The notes beneath the pieces are model-generated. The model ran no database searches. It was not told where the DNA came from and saw only the letters and a program-made list of their open reading frames with translations. A program made the translations under genes and the position numbers. A DNA stretch of 64,000 bases from Candidatus Poribacteria bacterium. GTDB taxonomy: Bacteria; Poribacteria; WGA-4E; PCPOR2b. Where the stretch lies: assembly GCA_963665285.1 (NCBI GenBank), contig OY762266.1, forward strand, positions 2,676,156 through 2,740,155, written 5' to 3'. How positions within the stretch are numbered: the stretch's first letter is position 1; each line of letters opens with the position of its first letter. Positions 19,107 to 28,454 of the stretch are shown here, piece after piece.

Positions 19107-20114
19107 CTATAGTCGCATTGTCAGTGGCAACCCAAATTCTTCAGCAACTTGATTGAGTCGCTCTATATCTGCGGAGCTTATAGGCACGCCGTCACGTCTG
19201 TATTCCTGTTCCCTACGAGATTCAGGTGTTCCGGGAAGCGTTGCCTCATCATAACCCCGCAAAGGTGCCATAGTTTCTCGAACTCCACGCACCAAGTTAT
19301 CAACCCCGTTGCGGAACTCTTCCGGATCGGTGAACAACCCTATATCCATGACCACAATCACCCCGCCAGCTTGTCCACGGGGCCACTTCTCTTTTAATGC
19401 TTTTGCCCGTGCACTGTCTGTCCCAACAAAGGGACCACCGAGTCCTCTAGCAACACCGGTATAGCCCATAGATTTGAAGAATGCAGCTGGAATCACTTCC
19501 TGCAAGGCATCAAATTCCTCACCGCGCTGATAGTCAGCGAGAATGCAGGTTGCCATATCGGGGATAAGCGGCGGTTCGTCCCCACCGGGCAAGCCAAAAC
19601 AGAGTGGAGGATTGCCCCAATAGGCAGCAGGGGGGCGGTTGTTTGGGTCTGGTGGACCAAACTCACTAGAACCACCCTGAACGGAAAAGGCGGTACATCC
19701 CGCCTCCATCGCCCGACGGACGTAATGCCCAGCCGAACCGTAGTGACCGATGTGACAGGTTGCGCCGACAGCCACACCGTTTGCCTTCGCTTTGTCGATA
19801 GCGCTTTCCGTTGCCATCATCATTGGCGCGTAGCCTAAGCCGCCATCACCATCAACCAGGACAGCAGTGGGAGTCTCTTTGAGGATCTGGCAGTTGGGGT
19901 TGGGGTTGATTAAATTGTCCCGCAAGCTCTCGCAATAACCGGGAACCTGCCGGACACCGTGCGAGTGTACCCCTCGCAGGTCGCCGTTCGTCAGCAGTTG
20001 GGCGAGTTGCTCCGCGTGATCTCCACGCAAACCTGCAGCTTTGAAACACGCTCCAGCAAAGTCACGCAACCGCGTTTCGGAAATACGTTTAGATTCTTGG
20101 GGTGGACGGTTCAT
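19107..20114 (-). CDS. Ldh_2 family (malate/L-lactate/sulfolactate dehydrogenase-like) oxidoreductase
   Basis: SHGV..VPGY, VDGDGGLGY, HIGHYG motifs. AGGAGGG SD. Confidence 0.8.
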   Translation of the reverse strand: MNRPPQESKRISETRLRDFAGACFKAAGLRGDHAEQLAQLLTNGDLRGVHSHGVRQVPGYCESLRDNLINPNPNCQILKETPTAVLVDGDGGLGYAPMMMATESAIDKAKANGVAVGATCHIGHYGSAGHYVRRAMEAGCTAFSVQGGSSEFGPPDPNNRPPAAYWGNPPLCFGLPGGDEPPLIPDMATCILADYQRGEEFDALQEVIPAAFFKSMGYTGVARGLGGPFVGTDSARAKALKEKWPRGQAGGVIVVMDIGLFTDPEEFRNGVDNLVRGVRETMAPLRGYDEATLPGTPESRREQEYRRDGVPISSADIERLNQVAEEFGLPLTMRL

Positions 20115-20125
20115 TGTATGCCCTC

Positions 20126-21295
20126 CTATTCCTTTTGCTCTTTCTCGCTTAGTATTTTCATAACTTGATGATGCCCCATACCCTGACTTTTCAGTTTAGC
20201 ATAGGCTTTTTCATCAATGGCGTCGCGCTTGAGAAAACCGCGGATATCGTATCTGCCCGGTTTTTCTACCGGTAGCTTCCCCTCATCCACCATCAACTCC
20301 AATGGATGATCTTCCTCCTGCAGGGGCAGCTGGATAACGCGATGCTGTCGAGCAGATTCGTAGAGCGCCATCATGATCTCCACAGTCGCGCGCGCTTTTT
20401 TGCCGGTGCCACGGTGTTCGGGACCGCCTTCGATCCAAGCGATAAGTTCCCGCACCTGTGCGGCGTTGGTCTGCCCGCCGATTGGTCGAATTTCTTCCGA
20501 TTCTACACGCAGGGGCACCTGTTCCCAGCCGTTGGAGTTGGCGTTAAATAGTCTGACTCCGGCTTCGCTGACATCCAACATGCCCTCGGTGCCTCGGATG
20601 AGAAAGCCACCCGCTGCTGCACCCTCCATGCACAGGTCCGACTGTATAAAGAGCTGCAATCCACCTTCCATCTGCACCAGTGCCATGCAGCTGTCTTCGA
20701 TCGGCGTATCCCTTTCATACCGATCTGTATCCCGCTCTACCGCACCCATCACCCAGAGTGCTTGCGGATCTCCCAAGACAAAACGCGAGCCATCAATCGC
20801 ATGCGTACCACAATTGAGCAATCCCTGCACGATCTTGCAATTTACCAAGACTGGATCACCGATAGCCTTCTCTTGAATCAGCTCACGCGCCTTCTCCCAG
20901 CCGGGCGTAAAACGTCGCTGATGGCTAATTATCAATTTAGTGCCGCTCGCCTCGCAGGCATCAACCATGCTGTTTGCTGCGCCTAAGCTAGTCGCCATCG
21001 GTTTTTCGCAAATCACGGCTTTGACGCCGGCTTGCGCTGCTGCGATGGTGGGTGGTGGGTGCAGCGGATGCCAAGTGCACACACTGACGATATCTGGCTG
21101 CGCTTTTTCCAGCATCTCCTCAACAGTGGGGTAGCCCTGCGGAATGTTGTACTTTTCCATATATTCCTCGCGGGCCACTAACAGCGGATCAGCGACTGCG
21201 ACTACTTCCACATTGTCATTCAAATTATAGCCATCCATGTGGGCGTTGCCGATAGATCCACAACCGACAATTGCTGCGGTATATATTTTAGGCAT
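20126..21295 (-). CDS. Gfo/Idh/MocA family oxidoreductase
   Basis: AIVGCGSIGNAH Rossmann motif and EKPMA. Confidence 0.85.
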   Translation of the reverse strand: MPKIYTAAIVGCGSIGNAHMDGYNLNDNVEVVAVADPLLVAREEYMEKYNIPQGYPTVEEMLEKAQPDIVSVCTWHPLHPPPTIAAAQAGVKAVICEKPMATSLGAANSMVDACEASGTKLIISHQRRFTPGWEKARELIQEKAIGDPVLVNCKIVQGLLNCGTHAIDGSRFVLGDPQALWVMGAVERDTDRYERDTPIEDSCMALVQMEGGLQLFIQSDLCMEGAAAGGFLIRGTEGMLDVSEAGVRLFNANSNGWEQVPLRVESEEIRPIGGQTNAAQVRELIAWIEGGPEHRGTGKKARATVEIMMALYESARQHRVIQLPLQEEDHPLELMVDEGKLPVEKPGRYDIRGFLKRDAIDEKAYAKLKSQGMGHHQVMKILSEKEQKE

Positions 21296-21385
21296 CTATT
21301 GTTTCCTTTCCTCTTAGGGTAACGCGAGTTGCTAGTCGAATATCCATATGATTGTCGTTAACGAATCTTATTACTGACGGACATT

Positions 21386-22303
21386 TCAACGTTCGGGACG
21401 CCAAGCAGGAGCCACGTCAAACGCCTCATCGTTGGTAAGCTGGATGATATTGCCGCCGTCCGCGGTCATTACGTAGATTTCAAAATCTCCGTCACGGCCA
21501 GAGTCAAAAACAATCTTCGTTCCATCCGGCGACCAAGCAGGAGCCGTGTCAAACGCCTCATTGTTGGTAAGCTGGATGACATTGCCGCCGTCCGTGGTCA
21601 TTACGTAGATTTCAAAATCTCCGTCACGGTCGGACGCAAAGGCAATCTTTGTTCCGTCAGGCGACCAAGCAGGATTCCAGTCAGTCCGCTCACTATTGGT
21701 AAGCTGGATGACATTGCCGCCATCGGTATTCATCATGTAGATTTCGGAATCTCCGTCACGGTTAGAGTCAAAAGCAATCTTCGTTCCATCCGGCGACCAA
21801 GCAGGAGCCGCGTCGAACGCCTCATTATTGGTAAGTCTGAGGACACTGTCGCCGTCCGCGGTCATTACGTAGATTTCAAAACCTCCGTCACGCTCGGATA
21901 CAAAAGCGATCTTTGTTCCATCCGGCGACCAAGCAGGAAACCCGTCGCTCTCCTCATTGTTGGTGAGGTTGATGCGATTGCCCCCATCCGCGGTCATCAC
22001 GTAGATTTCGGAATCTCCGCCACGGTTAGAGTCAAAAGCAATCTTCGTTCCATCCGGTGACCAAGCAGGACCCCCGTCCGCCCCCACACTGTTGGTAAGT
22101 CTGAGGACATTACCGCCATCGGTGTTCATTACGTAGATTTCCCAATTTTCGTCACGGTTGGACGAAAAAGCAATCTTATCAATGATGGTGGCATCATCGC
22201 CATCGTCAATGGTGACATCATCGTCATCGTCATTACCACACCCCAACCAAATAACAGCACACAGCAACCCTACAATAACCAAGGACCATTGGAAACGTCT
22301 CAT
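21386..22303 (-). CDS. TolB-like PD40/WD40-like beta-propeller repeat protein, exported
   Basis: Six near-identical repeats (PAWSPDGTKIAF.S.RDGD.EIYVM..DGGN...LTN). I chose ATG 22303, which has an AGGAG SD and is followed by a signal peptide. Confidence 0.85.
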   Translation of the reverse strand: MRRFQWSLVIVGLLCAVIWLGCGNDDDDDVTIDDGDDATIIDKIAFSSNRDENWEIYVMNTDGGNVLRLTNSVGADGGPAWSPDGTKIAFDSNRGGDSEIYVMTADGGNRINLTNNEESDGFPAWSPDGTKIAFVSERDGGFEIYVMTADGDSVLRLTNNEAFDAAPAWSPDGTKIAFDSNRDGDSEIYMMNTDGGNVIQLTNSERTDWNPAWSPDGTKIAFASDRDGDFEIYVMTTDGGNVIQLTNNEAFDTAPAWSPDGTKIVFDSGRDGDFEIYVMTADGGNIIQLTNDEAFDVAPAWRPER

Positions 22304-22388
22304 TTTTATCTCCTTGACATAGTAATAGACATCATACTCACGCAAGTTGCTAGGGCGTGATGACATCTACATAAAACTGTTCGCAACC

Positions 22389-22722
22389 GTAGGGGCGAGG
22401 TCTCCTCGCCCATTGTCCAACGCGGGTTGGGAGCCTTAAATCATACGGATTGAGTTGATTGTCCCGATTTCCTGGTCTCGACTTGTCGGACATCGGGATG
22501 TTCCCCGATGGAATCGGGACAGGCGGAACAGCATAGGTCGAGATTCATATCTCGATTCCGAAACGCTGATTTTGGAAAATCGACCCAATGTAGGGGCAGG
22601 TCTTATGCCTGCCCAAAATACAGACAGATTCCCGATTGCAGGGTAACCACAAGGGTTACCCCTACGGAAGTACGCAATCGTCTCTGATGTCCGAGCAGAG
22701 GGTTGGGAGATCCAACCCCTAC
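22389..22722. repeat. Cluster of four REP-like GTAG-headed hairpins (BIME-like)
   Basis: GTAGGGGCGAGGTCTCCTCGCCC (22389-22411, +) and GTAGGGGCAGGTCTTATGCCTGCCC (22590-22614, +). In inverted orientation, GGGTAACCACAAGGGTTACCCCTAC (22641-22665) and GGGTTGGGAGATCCAACCCCTAC (22700-22722). A headed but poorly paired copy lies at 22845. Confidence 0.7.
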
Positions 22723-22950
22723 GGAGGATGATGCGTCTGTGCACCTCCCTCGATCATCTGGTTGCGATGAAATGTCGACAGAACCAGCAACGGAAACTTG
22801 CACAAGATTCGGGAATTGGACTTCCCTCCTACCAAAAACGGACGGTAGGGGCGTATCCTCCGAATCGCGACTGGCTTGACTATGGCTAACTAGCAACTTA
22901 GGTTAGGGTAACATAAATCCTGAAAGCCTAAACGATGCGAAGAGGTGTCA

Positions 22951-23703
22951 CTATGAAGTTGAGGAGATTCTCGGCAGCTTTCGCATCAACTGTTTTTCAC
23001 GTTCCGAAAACCCTGCCCAAACACTTTCAGGGATCGGGTTCCGTTCCCGGTGTTCTCGCTGCATCCAGCCACGGAGGCAGGCAAATACTGCAACGGGACG
23101 TGGCGTGTTTGTGCGATTGGGTGTCCCTCGATGCAGACAGCGGGGGTCACGGATGAGGACATCGCCGGCGTTCATGAGTAGTGGTTCAAGCGGGATTTCG
23201 CTATCTTCAATCCGACGCAACGCCTCCGCTTTTGGAAGCAGATGCGTTCCGCGGGCGACCTCAAATGGTCCGTGCGCCGGTGTGACATCAATAAAAGGAA
23301 AATTCACCGCCAGAATCGCAGGAGGGTGTTGTAAATCGGGATTTTCAGGAAAGAGGGGACCAACATCACCATGAATCTCCTGATATACCGAACCACTGAG
23401 TGGTGTGTCACTCGCATATTGGTCAATCACGAGATCCTCCCCTAGCACTTGGCTTGCAATAGCGATAACCGTATCGTCGTCAAAGAAGCAGGAATTATAC
23501 AACGGTGGCTCAAAAGGCAGTGTGATGTAGTGCCTGCATGGTCCGCGGTTCGGGTTTTCTGCATTCTCGGCAACATAATCGCGCAAGATTGGTGCAAAGG
23601 CTTCGTTGCAAGCCTCAATAGCGGGGATAGGAAACAGGTCCCGCAGAATACAGAAACCTTCTACCAAGATTTGTTCCGCCATTTCCTGAATATCCACTGA
23701 CAT
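22951..23703 (-). CDS. Phytanoyl-CoA dioxygenase (PhyH) family protein
   Basis: Fe(II)/2OG dioxygenase layout with H.D...H...R (IHGDVG, RGTHLLP, CLHRGTPN). The ATG at 23703 has a GAGGAG SD and avoids overlap with the upstream gene. Confidence 0.8.
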   Translation of the reverse strand: MSVDIQEMAEQILVEGFCILRDLFPIPAIEACNEAFAPILRDYVAENAENPNRGPCRHYITLPFEPPLYNSCFFDDDTVIAIASQVLGEDLVIDQYASDTPLSGSVYQEIHGDVGPLFPENPDLQHPPAILAVNFPFIDVTPAHGPFEVARGTHLLPKAEALRRIEDSEIPLEPLLMNAGDVLIRDPRCLHRGTPNRTNTPRPVAVFACLRGWMQREHRERNPIPESVWAGFSEREKQLMRKLPRISSTS

Positions 23704-23752
23704 CGCATGATTCTCCTCGTACTCTGCCTTGTATCTCGCTCTCTTCGCGTCT

Positions 23753-24766
23753 TCAGATCTTCGTCCGCCCTTGATAAATGAGGGGATGAACAATCCCAAT
23801 CTCGTCTATAGCAGCGTTGAGGTCGTCCGGGAGTGCCCCGCGGAGTGCAGCAGACATATTGAATTCGACCTCCCGAAGGTTACTGAAACCAACGACGATG
23901 GACTGTTGCCTTTGCTCTGAAAGCATCCACCGGATGCAGAGTTCTGCCATGGGAATACCAGCGTCTGCATAGATATCAAGGAACCTGAAATAGGATGCCT
24001 TGAAGGTCTCGTCCATCCAATCGGGAGGACTCTCCCTCCAAGCGTCTTGGGGGACAGCAAGCCAGCCTTTCATCAGCGGTGCACCAATCACAACACCCAC
24101 CCGTAGACCCTGAGCAGTCGGGAACAGGAATTCAACGGCATTCCTAAAAACCGGATTGAACTGATGCGCTGCCATGACAGAATCAACCTCAACCGCTTTT
24201 AGTATCCGCGTCAACACGCGTGCATTTTTAGCTGTCAGTCCGATGAAACGCGCCTTGCCGCTACGCTTTGCGTTTGCGAGAAATTCAACCGCCGGTGCGT
24301 TAGCGAAGTCGTAGTCTTTATCATCATCAATGAGTGCAGCCCAATCCACCGCATCTTCAGCATCGGGAATATCGTCAGTCCACCACTTCATGTAATCTGC
24401 TTCATGAATCTGGATGATGTCCACGTAATCGGTCTGAAGCCGCTTGAGGGAACCCTCAAATTGCTTCATGAGTTGGTCGGCACTGCGGTGTCCCTCCAAG
24501 CGGTATCGCTCAGGGTTTATAAATCCCACCTTGGTGGCAAGGATGACCTTGTCCCGCTTTCCCTTCAGACCAGCACCCAGCATTGTTTCATCTCTGCCAT
24601 CTCCGTAGTTTGCGGCTGTGTCGAAATAGTTCACGCCGTGATCAACTGCATAGTCCACGCAACGATCCACACCATCCTGCCCTTGCCCCGCCATGAAAGC
24701 AGAGCCAAGCCCAAGTTCACTGACGTTGAGTCCTGTCTTACCAAGTTTGCGTGTTTTCATTTCCAT
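23753..24766 (-). CDS. Aldo/keto reductase
   Basis: RKLGKTGLNVSELGLGS, FDTAANYG and other AKR motifs. The start is ATG 24766 or 24760. The longer ORF-track start is unlikely. Confidence 0.85.
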   Translation of the reverse strand: MEMKTRKLGKTGLNVSELGLGSAFMAGQGQDGVDRCVDYAVDHGVNYFDTAANYGDGRDETMLGAGLKGKRDKVILATKVGFINPERYRLEGHRSADQLMKQFEGSLKRLQTDYVDIIQIHEADYMKWWTDDIPDAEDAVDWAALIDDDKDYDFANAPAVEFLANAKRSGKARFIGLTAKNARVLTRILKAVEVDSVMAAHQFNPVFRNAVEFLFPTAQGLRVGVVIGAPLMKGWLAVPQDAWRESPPDWMDETFKASYFRFLDIYADAGIPMAELCIRWMLSEQRQQSIVVGFSNLREVEFNMSAALRGALPDDLNAAIDEIGIVHPLIYQGRTKI

Positions 24767-24842
24767 TGTTTGTGCTTGTATTGATTCACCCATGCCCTTT
24801 GGGTGTGGGAATATAAAAAGGATAGCTTCCAAGAAACCGGCT

Positions 24843-25232
24843 TCACCTAGTTAGGAAGTCACTGAAACTCTGCAATGCCTCTGTCATCTGCGGGGTGAAT
24901 GCAACTGCATCAGGATTAGCCACATACATGGAGTGGAGTAGATTCGCGAGATGATTTAAGTGTCGAATCACAGCAACACCCTCTGCATAGGACATATCGG
25001 GGATCAAGAATTTTTGATACCACTGTTGAATCGGCAGATCGCCCGGCGTCGCATAAAGCGTCAACCACGCCCATCCCTGATCTAGGTTCCAAGCTAGCTC
25101 GATCCACGGATCCGGCTCGTAGGTATCAGCGGGGATGCGCCGTATCCCTTCGGGAGGGATGTTGTCGGGGTTCCGAAATTCCGCCCCTGGTCCTGCAGTG
25201 GGCGCCGCAGCGAATGGTCGATTAATATTCAT
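24843..25232 (-). CDS. Hypothetical protein
   Basis: 129-aa ORF filling a gap in a co-directional gene string. No motif recognised. Confidence 0.4.
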   Translation of the reverse strand: MNINRPFAAAPTAGPGAEFRNPDNIPPEGIRRIPADTYEPDPWIELAWNLDQGWAWLTLYATPGDLPIQQWYQKFLIPDMSYAEGVAVIRHLNHLANLLHSMYVANPDAVAFTPQMTEALQSFSDFLTR

Positions 25233-25249
25233 GGAGGCATCGCTTTCAA

Positions 25250-25690
25250 CTATTGGTCACTAGGAGGTGCTTGCATTTTGTGGAGAACGACCTTACCGGA
25301 ACTCTTGATTTTCAACGTCTCCGCCAGATAGCCTTCGTTAATAGCAATCTTGAGCACACTCTCCTCTACGTCAAAACGTACCAAATAATCTCCGACCGGC
25401 ACATCGCCATAGTTTTCAACGTAGCGACAGTCGATCTTCTGTCCATCTTCAAATTCGACTGTGATAGCATCTTTCAACTTCCATCCGAGCGCACTGAATG
25501 CCGCGGGTTTAATATCGGTCACAACGTTGGCGTGGTTGTCAATCGCTGTGATTTGCCCCATAATTTCTTCAGGAGCTGCCTTTTCGGCTTCTGCCATTCC
25601 CTCCTCTGTGGCAGTCTTGCCGCTGCAACCTAGCCATAACATCGTCCCGACCATCAAAATCAGTGCATAAGACAAAACATTGTATTTCAT
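25250..25690 (-). CDS. Lipoprotein resembling the C-terminal beta-barrel domain of SAM hydroxide adenosyltransferase (DUF62)
   Basis: Lipobox LWLGCSG and AAGGAG SD. The body follows the pattern G.I..ID.....VTDI......LG.K.GD...V.F......C.YV..YGDVP.GD.L......E..L.IAIN.G. Confidence 0.45.
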   Translation of the reverse strand: MKYNVLSYALILMVGTMLWLGCSGKTATEEGMAEAEKAAPEEIMGQITAIDNHANVVTDIKPAAFSALGWKLKDAITVEFEDGQKIDCRYVENYGDVPVGDYLVRFDVEESVLKIAINEGYLAETLKIKSSGKVVLHKMQAPPSDQ

Positions 25691-25718
25691 AGAAAATCTC
25701 CTTGTTGTTTAGTGTTGT

Positions 25719-27194
25719 TTAGTCGACATCGTTGATATTTTTCGGATAGGGTCGTTGCCAACCTTCCTTACCGAACGCTGGATTACCAGCAAGATCCTTA
25801 GAATATACCCGCCTGCTCTCATGGGAGAGGCTCATTGAATTCATAATCTCTTGCGTCAGTTCGGTGTCCAATCTGGTATACTCTTCCTGATAGCCTTCCT
25901 CTTTCATCAGGTTACGTTGTTCATTCGGATCTTCCGACAGATTAAACAGCAACACCTCACCACTCGCGTATTTACATAGCTTCCACTGACCATCATAAAT
26001 CATCCAACCACCTCTGACCATGCCGATGACACGCTCCCTCTGATTGTTGCGTGGGATGTCGAGTTCGGGTAACGGCATAGAATCCATGTAGTCAGGGACT
26101 TTGCACCCACCGAAATGTAGCATCGTTGCGGTCACATCGCTCAGCTCAACTATATCGGTGCACGTCTTTGATTGGTCAGTCCACGGCAGACGAACCATAA
26201 GCGGCACACGGATGCTTGATTCAAAGAACGTGCCCTTGCCGATGAAATCGTGGTCGCCGAGGTAATCGCCGTGATCACTGGAGAAGATGATAATTGTGTT
26301 GTCTAACAGTTCTTTCTCGCGCAAGGCATCAAGGATTTGTCCCATTTCGTAGTCGATTTGCTTGACTAACCCCGCATAATGTGCGCGAATCTTTTTCTTG
26401 TGCGCTTCTGTGAACTCGGTGTAATCAACCCCGTTCCATGGTCCACGGTTGCCCTCGATATTTTGCCGACGAAGTCTTGGGGTATCCCCCTCTACTGCCG
26501 GAATAGAATCGGGCATGTCGGCTGGATCAAAGTCCTCTAAAAATTCAGCGTTGGGATCGTAAGGACAGTGGGGTCCCGGAAAACCGACCATCATCGCAAA
26601 GGGAGTCTCATCGCCGTAGTTGCGGATAAAGCGGCACGCCTCCTGCCCCACGAAGCGATCGACCGAATAGCCCCAAGGAATCTCGTTGATGATAGCCCCC
26701 TTGTTTTCGTGATAGCCGGGGTGCTCGTTTCCGTGGAGTTTTCGGTAGCCACCCTCTTTCAAGAAATGATAGTAGTCATCGCGGATCTCCAGCCACCGTT
26801 TATCTTCGGCAGCGACTCGGTACTGAAATCCCAGATTGATGTCCCACGGATAGAAGTGCATCTTGCCGATGGCGGTGGTGTAATAACCCTGCTTGGATAG
26901 GGTTTGGGGCCAAGTTTCTATTCCGCACGCAGCGAGGTCGGGGTTTAACCACTGACCGTTATCAGTTACACCGTTTTTGATTGCGTTGAGACCTGTTAGA
27001 AGCGACGCTCTAGCTGGCACACATATCGGTGAGGCAGAATAGGCCCGTTCGTAGCGCACACCGCTCTCTGCGATACTGTCGATATGCGGCGTATCAATGA
27101 AGGTAGCACCGTAACAACTCAGGAAATCCGCCCGCAGCTGATCGGGCATGATAAATAGAAGATTCGGCTTCTTCGCCGTTTGGGGTTCGGACAT
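25719..27194 (-). CDS. Sulfatase (formylglycine-dependent arylsulfatase family)
   Basis: PNLLFIMPDQLRAD and the C-x-P-x-R site SPICVPARASLLTG. Confidence 0.9.
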   Translation of the reverse strand: MSEPQTAKKPNLLFIMPDQLRADFLSCYGATFIDTPHIDSIAESGVRYERAYSASPICVPARASLLTGLNAIKNGVTDNGQWLNPDLAACGIETWPQTLSKQGYYTTAIGKMHFYPWDINLGFQYRVAAEDKRWLEIRDDYYHFLKEGGYRKLHGNEHPGYHENKGAIINEIPWGYSVDRFVGQEACRFIRNYGDETPFAMMVGFPGPHCPYDPNAEFLEDFDPADMPDSIPAVEGDTPRLRRQNIEGNRGPWNGVDYTEFTEAHKKKIRAHYAGLVKQIDYEMGQILDALREKELLDNTIIIFSSDHGDYLGDHDFIGKGTFFESSIRVPLMVRLPWTDQSKTCTDIVELSDVTATMLHFGGCKVPDYMDSMPLPELDIPRNNQRERVIGMVRGGWMIYDGQWKLCKYASGEVLLFNLSEDPNEQRNLMKEEGYQEEYTRLDTELTQEIMNSMSLSHESRRVYSKDLAGNPAFGKEGWQRPYPKNINDVD

Positions 27195-27226
27195 TTAATT
27201 TCTCCTCAAGAATTGCATTGTTCATA

Positions 27227-28429
27227 CTACGAAACAGGTCGACGCTTCCCTATTCCTTCTCGTTTCGCTATATCGGAAATGAGATGCGTTGGTCGCCGAC
27301 GGTTGGGATTGGCGATTGCCCGCGGCGTTTCCCCGCTCAACGTTTCTGCTGAACGGATATACAGACTCCGATCGGGGAGCGGGAGGTCTACACGCACATT
27401 GCCCCGGCGGTGTGATTCACGGATAGCGATAGCGAGTTCCAGCAGATGTCGTCCCATATCGCCAGAACAGTTGGGCGTTTTGCCCGTTTCAATACAATTG
27501 ATAGCATCCTTGACCTGTCCCACACCAGCACTCCAGATGCGTTGGGGACGTGGGAAGATATGCCGCACCGGCGTAGCTGGCGCGTCGTCAGTGACCTGTC
27601 CCAATTTCCACAACTCGAACTCATAGCCGTCATTGGCGTTGCGGAGGTGAATTGTGCCACGCTCACCAATTGCGTCAAGTGTCCATGTTGAAGCACCGCT
27701 CGGCAGCATGCGGCAGAATCCGCGGGCACCGTTTTCAAATGCCAGATAGGCGTTGCCGGCAAGGTCTGTACCAGCCTCGGCTTTCTCGTCGCTCTCTACC
27801 TCTCCCACAACCCAAGAAACACGTTCACTCCCACCTGCGAGAACACACATTGCACCGAGCCAGTGGACACCCATGTGCGACAGACTGCCCGAACCGTGCG
27901 CCGTTATTTGCAGCATTTTGCCCAGCACCCCTTCGTCGATAAGTGCCCGTGCCCTGCGGTAGTATACATCAGAGGCGCGCATCGCGTTCATCATGAGGAG
28001 GATACCAGCCTCACGGCAGCCCTCGACCATGGCATCGGCTTCCTCCAGAGAAGTCGCCATCGGCTTCTCCACCCAGATACACTTCACACCCGTTCGCCCC
28101 TCACGTACCATACGCACGATGTCCAATGTAATCTTTGCGCGTGGCGCAGCAGACGTGCAAATGCTCACGATGTCGGGCTTCTCGCGCTCAAGCATTTCCT
28201 CGTAGTTCTCATAAAGATGCGTGTCCGGAATGGTCCAGCGTTCACCAAATGCCTCACGTTGTTCGGCGTATAGATCGGCGGCACCGACCACCTGTACCTC
28301 CGGCACATCCATGTAGCTGCCCATGTGGCTGAACGGCACGAGCCAGCCATCGCCTATCACTTCATCGTCAATGGTATCCGCGATACGCCCTAAACCGATG
28401 AGGGCTGCTCGATAACGTCTGTCGATCAT
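27227..28429 (-). CDS. Gfo/Idh/MocA family oxidoreductase
   Basis: The ATG at 28429 (AGGAG SD 6 nt upstream) gives MIDRRYRAALIGLGRI. VEKPMA motif. The 60-aa extension in the ORF track overlaps the upstream gene. Confidence 0.85.
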   Translation of the reverse strand: MIDRRYRAALIGLGRIADTIDDEVIGDGWLVPFSHMGSYMDVPEVQVVGAADLYAEQREAFGERWTIPDTHLYENYEEMLEREKPDIVSICTSAAPRAKITLDIVRMVREGRTGVKCIWVEKPMATSLEEADAMVEGCREAGILLMMNAMRASDVYYRRARALIDEGVLGKMLQITAHGSGSLSHMGVHWLGAMCVLAGGSERVSWVVGEVESDEKAEAGTDLAGNAYLAFENGARGFCRMLPSGASTWTLDAIGERGTIHLRNANDGYEFELWKLGQVTDDAPATPVRHIFPRPQRIWSAGVGQVKDAINCIETGKTPNCSGDMGRHLLELAIAIRESHRRGNVRVDLPLPDRSLYIRSAETLSGETPRAIANPNRRRPTHLISDIAKREGIGKRRPVS

Positions 28430-28454
28430 ATCGTTCTCCTGTGTGGTGTGTTGT

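Noticed and set aside
22436-22896. ORFs of 63-102 aa in the 22.4-22.9 kb spacer
   Set aside because: They translate straight through REP-like palindromes, giving low-complexity Arg/Gly/Pro output, and lack start contexts. I treat the region as a non-coding repeat cluster.
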